NCBI GenBank assembly: GCA_044869275.1
Contig: JBIOXB010000174.1
Span: forward strand, 1 to 28,317
Origin: a bacterium
Lineage (GTDB): Bacteria > Zhuqueibacterota > Zhuqueibacteria > Zhuqueibacterales > Zhuqueibacteraceae
Direction: 5' to 3'
Length of the DNA: 28,317 nucleotides
Part shown: in pieces, positions 1 to 9,673 of the stretch
Layout of the letters: the number at the start of each line of letters is the position of its first letter
Numbering within the stretch: the first letter of the stretch is position 1
The notes under the pieces: generated by a model
Seen by the model: the letters and a program-made list of their open reading frames with translations, nothing else
Database searches by the model: none
Told to the model about the DNA's origin: nothing
Position numbers and translations under genes: made by a program

Positions 1-2896
1 CATCATAGTCAGCCGTGTTATTTCCTTGCCCTTCAAACGGCCCGCCGTTCACAAAATCATCAATATCCGTCGCTTCCCCGACATTTCGGGATGTACTGAA
101 GTACATATAGCGCAGATCCAAGACATTGTTGACATCGAGGAAAAGGGTTGCTTTGCGCGACCCGAAGTTGAGATTTTTGCTCAAGCGCAGGTCGAGGTTC
201 CAGAAATCGCGGAATTGCACGTTTTGCTCCACGCCGCGAAGCGTAGCGCCGCTGGGACCGGCCCAGGTAAAATAAGCTCCCGAACGGTACTCACCCAGGA
301 AATTCACTCGCCAATCTCCGAGCAGCGTGCCGTAATCCCGAGGGATGAGGACCTCGAGGTTAAGGTTGCCAAACGGCTGGGCGATGGGCCGAGTCTGAAA
401 GTTATCATTCGTTGTGCGCAAATACTCGGTTTGGTCGACCAGGTTCTGATTATTATCCTCAAATCCGAAATTCCCCCGCTTGGTCTGCATAGCGGTGTAG
501 GTCAGGAAGCCACGCAGCCAGCGGCCGGAGGTCTTAGTCAGCGTAAACTCGAGGCCCCGGACGTCGCTATAGTTGAATGGTACCCGCTGTTCGTATCGGG
601 TGGAGGCATCGAAACTGATGAATTCGATATAGGCCGGCTGATCCGCGAGGTCGCGATAGTAGCCGGAGACACGAATCAGGTACTGATCGGCGAAACTGTG
701 ATCGTACCCCAACTCGTAAGCAACCGTCTTCTGAAACGGCATCGAGGGGTTTCCAATCCTGCCCAATTTGCCATCCTTGCGCTCCTCGAACTCATACAGG
801 CTGGTCGGGTCGAGGTTCTGGCGGAAATGCCCATAGTTGAAATAGAGTTTGCTGTTAACCGAAATGGGGAAAGAGACACCCAGACGCGGGCTCAAGACCA
901 ACTGCTTATCGGCAGCGGCCGCGTTCATCTCCTCACTGAAAAGCTCTTCGTCAGCTCGCACTTTCGCTTTCGCCGGGCTGAATTCACGCGTATACGGGTC
1001 GTACACCCACCAGTCGCTGTTGGGATTGAAATACTCCAGACGCAATCCCAAATTCAAGATCATGCCCTTAAACTCGAGCTTGTCCTGAGCGTAAAGGGCG
1101 GCCTGCCAGGGCTTTGCTGTAAAGGTTTGAAATGACCTTTCAGCGTGCGAAATGTTATCGTCGACAGAACCCGCTTTAAAGTCATAGTCGTTGGTGATAA
1201 TTTCAAAACCCGCCTTGATCTGATTCACACGGTCGTACTGGGTGGTGTAATCGAAATTAGCCGTTATGAGTTTGACGTTGGTGGTATCGCGTCCGCGAGC
1301 CCAGTGCCCACCCATGCGGAGCTCCGCGCCCGGAGAGGAGACCGGCGGCGACTGCCATCCGAATGGCGCTTCATTCAACTGATACCCGTCGATGGTTGCG
1401 TTTACCGTACCCAGGTCCCTCGCTCGGCCCGGGCGGGTAAAGTAATCGGACCCGCTGTATTGCAGGCGCACTTCATAGAAGCTGTTCGCGTTCAGATTGT
1501 GGGTGAGCTTTGCGCCAACGAGGTTGCGATCGACGTCGGTTATGGCATGCCGGTCAAATGCGAACAAGGTACTGCGACCGGTATGGTCATTTATGTCATT
1601 GACAATACCCTGCCATTCCCAGGGGTAGTGCGGCGTAAGGCCAGGTACGGGCGCACTATTGTCGAGTCGCGCATAGTCCGTATAAGCACTCCCCTTTTCA
1701 TGCGAAAACAAACCGAGCCCTGTAACCTTCATTTTGTTGTTCAGGCTGGCGACCAGTTTGATCTGCGCACTATGGCTGCTATAATCATCTCTGTTCTCCC
1801 GATAGAGATAAGGCTGCAGAACGCTACGATAGGACGCCAGGAAGCGCAGGTCGCCAAGCCTGCCGCTCGAACCCGGAACGACCGGACCGCCGACGGTGGC
1901 GTCGAAGTCATAGCCCTCTTGATTTGTGAAATCTTTTCTGGTATGGTACGCATAGATTTTCTCCATCATGGCTGCGGTCGCCGTGAGACTATTGCCGAAA
2001 TCATCCTTTACCGCAGCGCCTTCAAACGCGTTCCAACCGCCAAATACCGGATATTGTCTTTGGGTATACCTATCCCAGGCACCGCTGCTGGTACCGTCTC
2101 CTTTAACCGCAGGATCGAAATAAGGCCGCATCCAGTAGGCATTCGGATCATTGGGCTTACCGTCAAAATTCATATCCTGAGCCGGTATGTAGCGTCCAAA
2201 CAGATCAGCGGTATATTCTGGAGATGGCGTCTTGGAGGTTACCTGAATGACGCCCGAACGCGCATTGCCGTATTCAGCGTTAAACCCTCCGGTCTGGACT
2301 TGCACTTCGTCAAGAGCCGTATAACTGACACCGGTAAAAGGCTCGTTGTCCCGGCCGTCACGCAGAGAGATACCGTCAAGGTTATATGCAAGCTGGTCCG
2401 GTAGGGCTCCACGAATACTCAAGTCGGGCTCGATGCCGGCTTGCAGTGAAATAATCCTGTCAACCCCGGCAATCGGCAGAAATTCAACGGTCTCCGCAAG
2501 CACGTTCGCTACGTTGGCAGAAACGTCCGGCTCCACGAGAGGACGATCAGAAACGATCGTAATCTCTTCTCCGGTCACGGCTTCGGCCTTAAGGTCAAAA
2601 TCGACTTTGGTGGTCTGGTTAATGCTGACACGCACATCAGAGATGGTCATTTTTGCATAACCAATGTAAGTCGCCTGCACCGTGTAACTCCCGGGAGGAA
2701 CATTGAGTATGTTATAAAATCCCTTCGCGTCGGCTGCAGCCCCGAGGGCAGTCCCGACAATAGCAACATTTGCCCCGATAAGGGATTCACCGGTTTCCTT
2801 CCCCTTGACTTGCCCGCTAATCTTGCCGGTTTGCGCAAACGTAAGGGCAGGTACAATGATCAACGCAAGATGAATTAGTAACCTAAAGCATTTCAT
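1..2896 (-). CDS. TonB-dependent receptor with N-terminal carboxypeptidase-regulatory-like domain and plug; 3' end lies beyond the window
   Basis: Manual translation from the ATG at 2896 (RBS CAGGAGAG upstream): signal peptide MKCFRLLIHLALIIVPALTFAQ, then TGKISGQV...GANV...VPPGSYTVQATYIGY, plug motifs IRG...YNLDGISLRD and VQVQTGGFNAEYGNARSGVIQV. The same frame reads ...GPFEGQGNNTADYD at the left edge. Confidence 0.93.
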   Translation of the reverse strand, partial: MKCFRLLIHLALIIVPALTFAQTGKISGQVKGKETGESLIGANVAIVGTALGAAADAKGFYNILNVPPGSYTVQATYIGYAKMTISDVRVSINQTTKVDFDLKAEAVTGEEITIVSDRPLVEPDVSANVANVLAETVEFLPIAGVDRIISLQAGIEPDLSIRGALPDQLAYNLDGISLRDGRDNEPFTGVSYTALDEVQVQTGGFNAEYGNARSGVIQVTSKTPSPEYTADLFGRYIPAQDMNFDGKPNDPNAYWMRPYFDPAVKGDGTSSGAWDRYTQRQYPVFGGWNAFEGAAVKDDFGNSLTATAAMMEKIYAYHTRKDFTNQEGYDFDATVGGPVVPGSSGRLGDLRFLASYRSVLQPYLYRENRDDYSSHSAQIKLVASLNNKMKVTGLGLFSHEKGSAYTDYARLDNSAPVPGLTPHYPWEWQGIVNDINDHTGRSTLFAFDRHAITDVDRNLVGAKLTHNLNANSFYEVRLQYSGSDYFTRPGRARDLGTVNATIDGYQLNEAPFGWQSPPVSSPGAELRMGGHWARGRDTTNVKLITANFDYTTQYDRVNQIKAGFEIITNDYDFKAGSVDDNISHAERSFQTFTAKPWQAALYAQDKLEFKGMILNLGLRLEYFNPNSDWWVYDPYTREFSPAKAKVRADEELFSEEMNAAAADKQLVLSPRLGVSFPISVNSKLYFNYGHFRQNLDPTSLYEFEERKDGKLGRIGNPSMPFQKTVAYELGYDHSFADQYLIRVSGYYRDLADQPAYIEFISFDASTRYEQRVPFNYSDVRGLEFTLTKTSGRWLRGFLTYTAMQTKRGNFGFEDNNQNLVDQTEYLRTTNDNFQTRPIAQPFGNLNLEVLIPRDYGTLLGDWRVNFLGEYRSGAYFTWAGPSGATLRGVEQNVQFRDFWNLDLRLSKNLNFGSRKATLFLDVNNVLDLRYMYFSTSRNVGEATDIDDFVNGGPFEGQGNNTADYD

Positions 2897-3283
2897 AGGT
2901 CTCTCTCCTGCTTTTGGTTAACAAAATTAACGCGTTAGCAATTCTCAAATGAGAGATACTTTTCCTGAAACAAGGTAGGACTTCGCGTCTCAATTATTTC
3001 AATCTCATCCAGATCGAAACAGGATAAAGCTATCCTTAATGGAAACACGAAACAGAATAATTCAATGATACAGATGCGAGAATAAAATCACTGTAAACGG
3101 CAAGGAGTGTTTCTTCTACTTGTTGCTGATCGGCAATGTTGGGTGATGGAGGCGTGGCCTCACGCGTCGGATTTCTATTTTCTCATCCTGAGGCTTTACG
3201 TGCGATCAGCAATCCTGAAGTATTTTGAATGAAGGCAAGAAGTCTTGGTGAATGTGCATTTCGGTGATGTTACAACCGCGACA

Positions 3284-3312
3284 AAGATATTACAGGAAAT
3301 ACTGTTTGTCAA
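3284..3312 (-). promoter_or_regulatory. sigma70-type promoter for the TonB receptor (TTGACA-17 nt-TATCTT)
   Basis: Minus strand reads TTGACA aacagtatttcctgtaa TATCTT: perfect -35 and 17-nt spacer. Confidence 0.65.
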
Positions 3313-3316
3313 GAAG

Positions 3317-3339
3317 TTTTTGTGAGCGTTGACAAAAAA
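3317..3339. promoter_or_regulatory. LacI/CcpA-family operator-like palindrome
   Basis: TTTTTGTGAGCGTTGACAAAAAA; the core TGTGAGCGTTGACA (3321-3334) fits TGWNANCGNTNWCA and lies just upstream of the -35. Confidence 0.55.
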
Positions 3340-3876
3340 CTTTAGCGATTAAATTAATAAAGCACGAGCACTATCGATGGAAGTGAACCTTGCTAAGCGG
3401 TTATAATTCAGAACTCCGGCGCAGCATTGCAGCATTTAACTAGTTTCATTCGAGCTGACATACTAACGAATACAAAAATTACGCCAGCTTCCGTTATCAG
3501 ACTTGCCCCACCAATTACAATGAATTAGGATGGCGTCTGCGAAAGCAAGTGGCGATGAATTTATCAGTTTGATAATGGCAGAATTATTAATTTGATAAGC
3601 TGATGATTTGCGCCAGCTTGACTTTGATGCTGATTTTTTTATTGATGACCGAGAATTTGAAAGCACTGACGAACTCACGAAAGTAAAAAGGTCTTGTGCG
3701 AATAGTTTTGCAATGAATAACATCCCAACTTTTTGTCGCCAACGGATAAATGAAGGCCAACTGATGAAAGGACCAAGTGTTTTTGTCTTGACAATGTTAA
3801 GTTGGCTAAAAAAGCCTTTAGTCTTTGTCATGCTGTAAGCATCTTCCCATGAGGCATGCACACAAACCTAGGGAAG

Positions 3877-3894
3877 ATCCCGAAGCGTCGGGAT
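3877..3894. repeat. short REP-like hairpin
   Basis: ATCCCGA-agcg-TCGGGAT followed by GACAA; the palindrome AACTTAAGTT is nearby (about 3914-3923). Confidence 0.4.
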
Positions 3895-4091
3895 GACAAA
3901 TTGTGATGACGTGAACTTAAGTTAACATTGTCAAGCTACATTGATTTATGATATCGAGCTGCTGGAAGTTTTGACCGGGAAAGAGTGACCTCAGTTTACT
4001 AAAGCGTTTTTGGTTTGTAGGAAGAGCCATCACTCTTCCATGCCATTCTGCAGGAATCAGCTTGTGTGAAAATGCTTGGTTTCAACGCCGG

Positions 4092-4143
4092 CTGAGCTTG
4101 TCGAAGCCGGGTTTTTGAACTAAGCACCCTTCGACAAGCTCAG
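4092..4143. repeat. REP-like inverted repeat downstream of the gntP operon; possible terminator or mRNA stabiliser
   Basis: Perfect 15-bp inverted repeat CTGAGCTTGTCGAAG (4092-4106) / CTTCGACAAGCTCAG (4129-4143). Confidence 0.7.
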
Positions 4144-4254
4144 GGTGCGGCATGCCCAAGTTATCAAAACAGCCTGATTCTTTCAAATGACAGAAATAGA
4201 TTATTGTTTCCGAGAGAATCGCGCCTGAGCAAAGACTCGTTACCCCGTCAACTC

Positions 4255-5589
4255 TCACGCGATAAATAATGACAACACAAAAACCACCAAGAATCCCACC
4301 AACGCGATCAGCGTTGCCACTATCGTCCACGAGCGCAGCGTATCTTTTTCGCTCAAGCCGAAATAGCGATTGACCAGCCAGAAGCCCGAGTCGTTCACGT
4401 GCGAAGCAATGGAAGCGCCGGCGGCAATCGCAATTACCATCAATCCCAAGATCGCGCCCTGCATGCTCAAAGCCGTCACGATCGGGGACATGATGCCGGC
4501 CGCGGTGATCATTGCCACCGTGGCCGAGCCTTGCGCGATGCGAATGAGGGCAGCGGCAAGAAAAGCCAGCAAAATGGGCGGCATTGAAGACGCCGCCATC
4601 ATCTCGCCCAAAACTTTGCCAACGCCGGAATCGATCAGAACCTGTTTGAACACACCGCCGGCGCCGGTGACCAAAATAATGATGCCCGCCGGCTCCAATG
4701 CTTTGGTGGCAATGCTTTGCACTTCTTCAGCGGAGAAGCCGCGCCGCTTGCCGAAAAGAAAGAAGGCGAGCAAGGTCGCAACGATCAACGCCACGAAGGG
4801 ATGCCCGGCGAAGGCTAACGCCTCACGCGCCATGCCTTCAGCCAGCCAGGCGCTCGAGACCGTGTTGAGCAGAATCAAGAGTAGAGGAACGAAAATGATG
4901 CCGACAACGGCGCCGAAGCTGGGCAAGTCTTTTTCATGCTCCAAAGATTTGTTGTCCACTTCGAAATAATCCGGCACTTTCACGTGAATGCGTTTGGCCA
5001 GATGCTTGGCGAACAACGGGCCGGCGACAATCGTCGCTGGAATGCCGGCAACGATGCCAAATAAAATCACCCAACCGAGCTCGACGTGCAGCAGCTCGGC
5101 GACCGCGATCGGCCCGGGCGTGGGCGGCACAAAAGCATGTGTCACCGCCAGCCCGGCGATGAGAGGTATGCCGTAATAAAGCAAGGAGCGCCCGGTTTTG
5201 CGCGTGAGGCCGTACACCAACGGCACAATGATGATGAATCCCACGTCAAAAAAAATCGGAATCGACACGATGAAACCGGTCAATGCCAAAGCCCATTGCG
5301 CATTGGCCTCGCCGAATTTTTCCAGCAAGCCGCGCGCGAGCCGCTCGATGCCGCCGGAGATTTCCAGCATGCGCCCGAACATGGCACCCAACCCGACCAC
5401 CACCGCCACGAACCCCAAGGTTTCCCCCATGCCTTTTTTAATGGATTCGAGTATGCCAAGCAACGGCATGCCGGCGGCGATGCCCACCAACAAACTCACC
5501 ACCAGAAGAGCGACGAACGCCTGAACTTTGAGACGGATCACGAGAAACAGCAACAACAAAATTCCCGCGAGGGCGACGATGATCGGCAT
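4255..5589 (-). CDS. gntP: GntP-family gluconate/sugar-acid:H+ symporter
   Basis: Highly hydrophobic; motifs GLGAMFGRMLE, IPIFFDVGF, HAFVPPTPGP, IRIAQGSATVA, SHVNDSGFW. Start moved to the ATG at 5589 after a GGAGA RBS; the track's N-terminal extension overlaps the upstream gene. Confidence 0.9.
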   Translation of the reverse strand: MPIIVALAGILLLLFLVIRLKVQAFVALLVVSLLVGIAAGMPLLGILESIKKGMGETLGFVAVVVGLGAMFGRMLEISGGIERLARGLLEKFGEANAQWALALTGFIVSIPIFFDVGFIIIVPLVYGLTRKTGRSLLYYGIPLIAGLAVTHAFVPPTPGPIAVAELLHVELGWVILFGIVAGIPATIVAGPLFAKHLAKRIHVKVPDYFEVDNKSLEHEKDLPSFGAVVGIIFVPLLLILLNTVSSAWLAEGMAREALAFAGHPFVALIVATLLAFFLFGKRRGFSAEEVQSIATKALEPAGIIILVTGAGGVFKQVLIDSGVGKVLGEMMAASSMPPILLAFLAAALIRIAQGSATVAMITAAGIMSPIVTALSMQGAILGLMVIAIAAGASIASHVNDSGFWLVNRYFGLSEKDTLRSWTIVATLIALVGFLVVFVLSLFIA

Positions 5590-5621
5590 GGCATCTCCAA
5601 GCAAGCTGTGCAAACGCATGC

Positions 5622-6635
5622 TCACATTTTCCCCTTCGTGCTCAACCCAATGCGGCAGAGATACATATCCGCCGTGATATACAGCACCGAACCCTCGTCT
5701 CCGAAAGCGCAATTGGAAGTCGCTTCGCCGGTGTCGATGGTGCCGAGATGTTTTCCTTCCGGACTGAAAACGAGAACTCCGCCCGGGCCGGTCGCATAAA
5801 GATTGCCGGCGTGATCGACCGACAAACCATCGGGCAAACCTTTCTTGCCCTCTTTGACCCACGGCGTCGCATCGAAAAGCACTTTGCCGTTGGCGATGGT
5901 GCCGTCTTCCAAAACTTTGAAAGCCATCCAAATGGCTTTATCCGGATCAGACTGGGCAACGTATAGCGTCTTTTCATCCGGTGAGAAGACAATGCCGTTG
6001 GGAAAAGTAAATTCCTTCGTCAGTAAAGTGAGCTTGCCGTCTTTTGACAATCGATAAACGCCGCTGAACGCCAGCTCCTTCTTGGGATCTTCGTTCTTCC
6101 CCGCCAAACCGTACGGGGGATCTGTGAAATAAAAATCGCCATTGGATTTGAACACGCCATCGTTCGGGCTGTTCAAGCGTTTGCCTTCATACCGATCTGC
6201 CAAAACTATCTTGGTGAAATTTTGCGTGTTGAGTTCGCTAATGCAGCGATTGCCGTGGTCACACATGACGAGCCGGCCCTGAGGATTCAAAATCAAACCG
6301 TTGGCACCAAGCTCTACGCCCGGCGGATCAGCACCCACATATCCTGCGGGCCGCAAGTACACGCTGACGCCCTCGCCTTGTTTCCATTTATAAATCGTGT
6401 TTTTGGGAATATCGGTAAAGAGCAGGCACTTTTCGCCCGGAATCCAAAGCGGGCCTTCGGTCCACTCGAAGCCCTCGGCGAGCTTTTCCAGTTTAGCTTC
6501 TGGCGGGACCAATTGATTAAGACGAGGATCAACGCGATGAATCATACCAAAGTTTTGCGCAGCAGCGGAAGCCACCCCCATAACCCAACAAACGGCGCAG
6601 AGGAGATACAACTTGGCGGCAAGGGCATGTCTCAT
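5622..6635 (-). CDS. SMP-30/gluconolactonase/LRE family protein, secreted
   Basis: Signal peptide; motifs FEWTEGPLW, GANGL, RLNSPND, YFTDPPYG, FPNGI, PDGL. Confidence 0.92.
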   Translation of the reverse strand: MRHALAAKLYLLCAVCWVMGVASAAAQNFGMIHRVDPRLNQLVPPEAKLEKLAEGFEWTEGPLWIPGEKCLLFTDIPKNTIYKWKQGEGVSVYLRPAGYVGADPPGVELGANGLILNPQGRLVMCDHGNRCISELNTQNFTKIVLADRYEGKRLNSPNDGVFKSNGDFYFTDPPYGLAGKNEDPKKELAFSGVYRLSKDGKLTLLTKEFTFPNGIVFSPDEKTLYVAQSDPDKAIWMAFKVLEDGTIANGKVLFDATPWVKEGKKGLPDGLSVDHAGNLYATGPGGVLVFSPEGKHLGTIDTGEATSNCAFGDEGSVLYITADMYLCRIGLSTKGKM

Positions 6636-6707
6636 GCAGTTCTCCTGACTTTGTAGTATAAATGATGTCTTTGAGGCTTTTGTCGGTGACCTGATCCATC
6701 ATGGAGT

Positions 6708-7709
6708 TCATTTTTCTGAAAACGCAGCATCAAACGCCACCGCCGAAGGCTTGAAATCAAGTTTTTTGACGAAGGCGCAGGCTTCGGCCGCGCCGTGCTC
6801 GCGATCCATCCCGCTATCTTCCCATTCGATGGAAAGCGGGCCATTATATCCGATGCGATTCAGCGCGCGAATGATTTCCTCAAAGTTGATGCAGCCGCGG
6901 CCGAGGGAGCGAAAATCCCAATAGCGATTCTTATCTCCGAAATTCAAATGGCCGCCGAACACGCCGGAGGGCTTCATGGTGGGCGACCACCAGACGTCTT
7001 TCATATGGGAATGATAAATGCGATCGCCGAATTTATCCAGGAACGCGAGGTAATCAACGCCTTGATAACCAAGATGGCTGGGATCATAATTGAAGCCGAA
7101 AGCCGCGCGGCCACCGACGGCCGCGAGCGCGCGCTCGGCGGTGACCACGTCAAACGCGATTTCGGTCGGATGCACCTCGAGCGCAAAACGCACACCGGCT
7201 TCATCGAACACGTCCAGAATGGGATTCCAGCGCTGCGCAAAATCTTTGAAACCGGCTTCGAGCGCGGCTGAATCAACGGGAGGAAAAGAATACAAAAAAT
7301 GCCAAATGCTGCTGCCGGTGAAGCCGTTCACGACTTTGACGCCCAGCCTGGCCGCGGCGCGCGCCGTGGCTTTCATCTCTTCGGCCGCACGTTGCTGCAC
7401 GCCTTCGGGTTTGCCGTCGCCCCAAACGTGCGCCGGCAGAATGAATTTGTGGCGCGCGTCGATGCGGTCGCACACCGCCTGTCCGGCGAGATGATTGCTG
7501 ATCGCCCAAACCTTCAGGCCGTGCCTGGCAAGCAGGTCGTGGCGGCTTTGACAGTATCCCGGCTCTTTGAGCGCGCGGCTCACCTCGAAATGATCGCCCC
7601 AGCACGCGAGCTCGAGCCCATCGAAGCCCCAGGCTTTGGCTTTTGGCGCAAGCGTTTCCAACGATAAATCGGCCCACTGGCCGGTGAAGAGGGTAACGGG
7701 TCTGGCCAT
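6708..7709 (-). CDS. sugar phosphate isomerase/epimerase (AP endonuclease 2 TIM barrel)
   Basis: Motifs [39 protein letters not shown]. Confidence 0.9.
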   Translation of the reverse strand: MARPVTLFTGQWADLSLETLAPKAKAWGFDGLELACWGDHFEVSRALKEPGYCQSRHDLLARHGLKVWAISNHLAGQAVCDRIDARHKFILPAHVWGDGKPEGVQQRAAEEMKATARAAARLGVKVVNGFTGSSIWHFLYSFPPVDSAALEAGFKDFAQRWNPILDVFDEAGVRFALEVHPTEIAFDVVTAERALAAVGGRAAFGFNYDPSHLGYQGVDYLAFLDKFGDRIYHSHMKDVWWSPTMKPSGVFGGHLNFGDKNRYWDFRSLGRGCINFEEIIRALNRIGYNGPLSIEWEDSGMDREHGAAEACAFVKKLDFKPSAVAFDAAFSEK

Positions 7710-7727
7710 GAAAGATCTCCCGAGTTT

Positions 7728-7766
7728 AGGAGTGGAGTAAGGGAGTGTTGGAGTATTGGAGTGTTA
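7728..7766. repeat. 8-mer tandem array, downstream arm flanking the four-helix-bundle gene
   Basis: Plus strand ...TGGAGTAA GGGAGTGT TGGAGTAT TGGAGTGT; inverted relative to 8267-8326. Confidence 0.75.
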
Positions 7767-7782
7767 TGAACATTCGCATGCT

Positions 7783-8238
7783 TTATCGAGAATAATCCGT
7801 AGAATCGCCTGCGCCAGAATCGTCTCCGATGCGACTGATCCAAGTACCGGTTTCTCTTTTGGCTTCCAGGCTTTCAACCAAGCGAATGAGTTTGTTTTCC
7901 ACTTCGTAATGCAATACGTCAATTTCTTGAAATCGTAATGCAGTGATTTGAGCGGTAGTTTTGAGTCCGATGACTCGTGTCAACGTTTCACCTAATGAAC
8001 CCAATGCGATATACAAAAACTGAATATACTCATGAATCGAGCGACGACAATAACCTTCAGCTATATTTGACGAAACTGACTGTGCCGCATCAGCCAACTG
8101 TGCTCGTAACTTGTAATCAATCCTCACCTCCGCATAGACAGTTTTCCAAATCAATTTGTATAATTCGATGGCCTTCTGCCAAACTTCGAGCTTCATGTAG
8201 CCCCGATTTTTGTTTCGATATTTGGTAGGCTCGAACAT
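7783..8238 (-). CDS. four helix bundle protein (TIGR02436 / S23-IVS / Avd-like)
   Basis: LEVWQKAIEL, QLADAAQSVSSNIAEGY, EYIQFLYIALGSLGETLT; RBS GGGAGGT upstream of the ATG. Confidence 0.9.
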   Translation of the reverse strand: MFEPTKYRNKNRGYMKLEVWQKAIELYKLIWKTVYAEVRIDYKLRAQLADAAQSVSSNIAEGYCRRSIHEYIQFLYIALGSLGETLTRVIGLKTTAQITALRFQEIDVLHYEVENKLIRLVESLEAKRETGTWISRIGDDSGAGDSTDYSR

Positions 8239-8266
8239 TGCGCACCTCCCATTTGAATGGTTTCAT

Positions 8267-8326
8267 CACTCCATTTCCTCACTCCAGTACTCCATCAATC
8301 CATTGCTCCATCGCTCCATCGCTCCA
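8267..8326. repeat. 8-mer tandem array, upstream arm flanking the four-helix-bundle gene
   Basis: Minus strand right after the TAG of the upstream gene: TGGAGCGA TGGAGCGA TGGAGCAA TGGATTGA TGGAGTAC TGGAGTGA ggaaa TGGAGTG. Confidence 0.8.
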
Positions 8327-9499
8327 CTATTGCGGTGGCCTATATCCCGCCTTCAGCCACCCGCGTTGCTGGCTGCTTTTTACGACCGCATGAATGAAAT
8401 GCACGCCGCGTGCGCCGTCTTGCACCGTGGGGAAATCCAGGTCGAAGGCGCTGGGCGTTTCGCCCGCAGTTCTCGCAGCGATGACGCGCCCAACATTGCG
8501 ATAAATATTGGCGAACGCTTCGATAAAAGCTTCGGGGTGGCCCGAAGGCAGCCGTGAATTGTGAACGGCCACGGGCGCAAGATAACCGTTGCCGCGCTTG
8601 TAGACTTGTTCCGGCTGGTCCGCGAAGCGAACGTGCAAATAGTTGGGATTTTCCTGGCGCCATTCCAATGAGGCTGCGGTGCCATAGACGTGAATATGAA
8701 AATTGTTCTCCTCGCCGACGGAGATTTGTGAAGCGTACATGATTCCGCGCGCGCCGCCTTCATAGTGCACCAGCGTGTTGGCGTCGTCGTCCAATTTGCG
8801 GCCGGGCACGAAGGTGGTCAAATCGGCGCAGATTTCTTCGATTTCCAGTCCCGTGATATAATGCGCGAGATTTTCCGCGTGCGAGCCGATGTCGCCGAAG
8901 CAGCCCGCCACGCCCGCTTGCGCCGGATCCGTTCGCCACACCGCCTGCTTCGCGCCCTGGCCTTCGAGCAGGGTCGTGAGCCAGCCTTGCGGATACTCCA
9001 CCACGATTTTGCGGATCGTGCCCAACGCGCGTTGCTGCACCAGCGCACGCGCCTGTTTGACCATGGGATAGCCGGTGTAGTTGTGGGTGAGCGCGAAGAT
9101 GATATTGTGCTTCTTGACGAGCCGGCATAATTCTTCGGCGTCGGCAAGTGTGGTCGTCATGGGCTTGTCACAAATCACGTGAAACCCGGCGGTGATAAAA
9201 GCTTTCGCGATCGCGAAGTGATGGTGATTCGGCGTGACGATGGAGACGAAATCGATCCGCTCTTCCTGAGGCAGCCGGCTTTCTTTCTCAACCATTTCCT
9301 GATAAGAAGCGTACACGCGCTTGGGATTCAGGAAGAGTGCCGTGCCTTGGGCACGCGATTTCTCCGGCGAGGCCGAGAATGCCCCGGCGACCAATTCCAT
9401 CTCACCATCGAGCGCCGCGGCTTTGCGATGCACCGCGCCGATGAACGCACCCGGCCCGCCACCGACCATGCCATAACGTAATTTGCGTTGAAGCGCCAT
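8327..9499 (-). CDS. Gfo/Idh/MocA family oxidoreductase
   Basis: LRYGMVGGGPGAFIGAVH, IVTPNHHH, ICDKP, DIGSHA, GHPEAF. Start at 9499 after AAGGAG; the track's extension is repeat-derived. Confidence 0.92.
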   Translation of the reverse strand: MALQRKLRYGMVGGGPGAFIGAVHRKAAALDGEMELVAGAFSASPEKSRAQGTALFLNPKRVYASYQEMVEKESRLPQEERIDFVSIVTPNHHHFAIAKAFITAGFHVICDKPMTTTLADAEELCRLVKKHNIIFALTHNYTGYPMVKQARALVQQRALGTIRKIVVEYPQGWLTTLLEGQGAKQAVWRTDPAQAGVAGCFGDIGSHAENLAHYITGLEIEEICADLTTFVPGRKLDDDANTLVHYEGGARGIMYASQISVGEENNFHIHVYGTAASLEWRQENPNYLHVRFADQPEQVYKRGNGYLAPVAVHNSRLPSGHPEAFIEAFANIYRNVGRVIAARTAGETPSAFDLDFPTVQDGARGVHFIHAVVKSSQQRGWLKAGYRPPQ

Positions 9500-9519
9500 A
9501 TGATTCTCCTTAATATCAT

Positions 9520-9673
9520 TGACAATTGACCGTTGGCAATTGACCGTTGGCAATTGACCGTTGGCAATTGCTAATTGCTAATTGGGAATTCTGAATTGTG
9601 AATTGTCAATTGTCAACGATGAATGGTCAATGGTCAATCGCCAACGGTGAATGGTCAACGATCAACAGTGAAC
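9520..9673. repeat. 7-mer tandem array forming an inverted-repeat hairpin
   Basis: 22 in-phase heptamers (TGACAAT TGACCGT TGGCAAT ... GGTCAAT GGTCAAC AGTGAAC), including CAATTGACCGTTGG three times; the two halves are reverse-complementary. Confidence 0.85.

Noticed and set aside
26..2404. Long plus-strand ORFs 26-1135 and 1145-2404
   Set aside because: Antisense shadows of the minus-strand TonB-dependent receptor gene; no recognisable motifs.
2897..3280. Cobalamin or TPP riboswitch upstream of the TonB receptor
   Set aside because: I could not find the conserved cores (B12 box, or the CUGAGA-containing TPP motif in context) by eye.
3463..3861. 132-aa minus-strand ORF and overlapping 76-aa plus-strand ORF
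   Set aside because: No recognisable domain or clear RBS and an atypical composition; cannot be supported as genes.
5590..5931. N-terminal extensions in the ORF track (gntP to 5931; also starts at 9553, 12229, 16945, 26923)
   Set aside because: They overlap neighbouring genes or repeats; downstream starts, most with better RBSs, match the family N-termini.
7783..8238. Diversity-generating retroelement or 23S rRNA intervening sequence suggested by the Avd/S23-like fold
   Set aside because: No reverse transcriptase, no TR/VR pair and no rRNA sequence in the window.
9520..9673. Possible CRISPR array (also considered for 17966-18116)
   Set aside because: Units are 7-8 nt with no unique spacers, and no cas genes are present.
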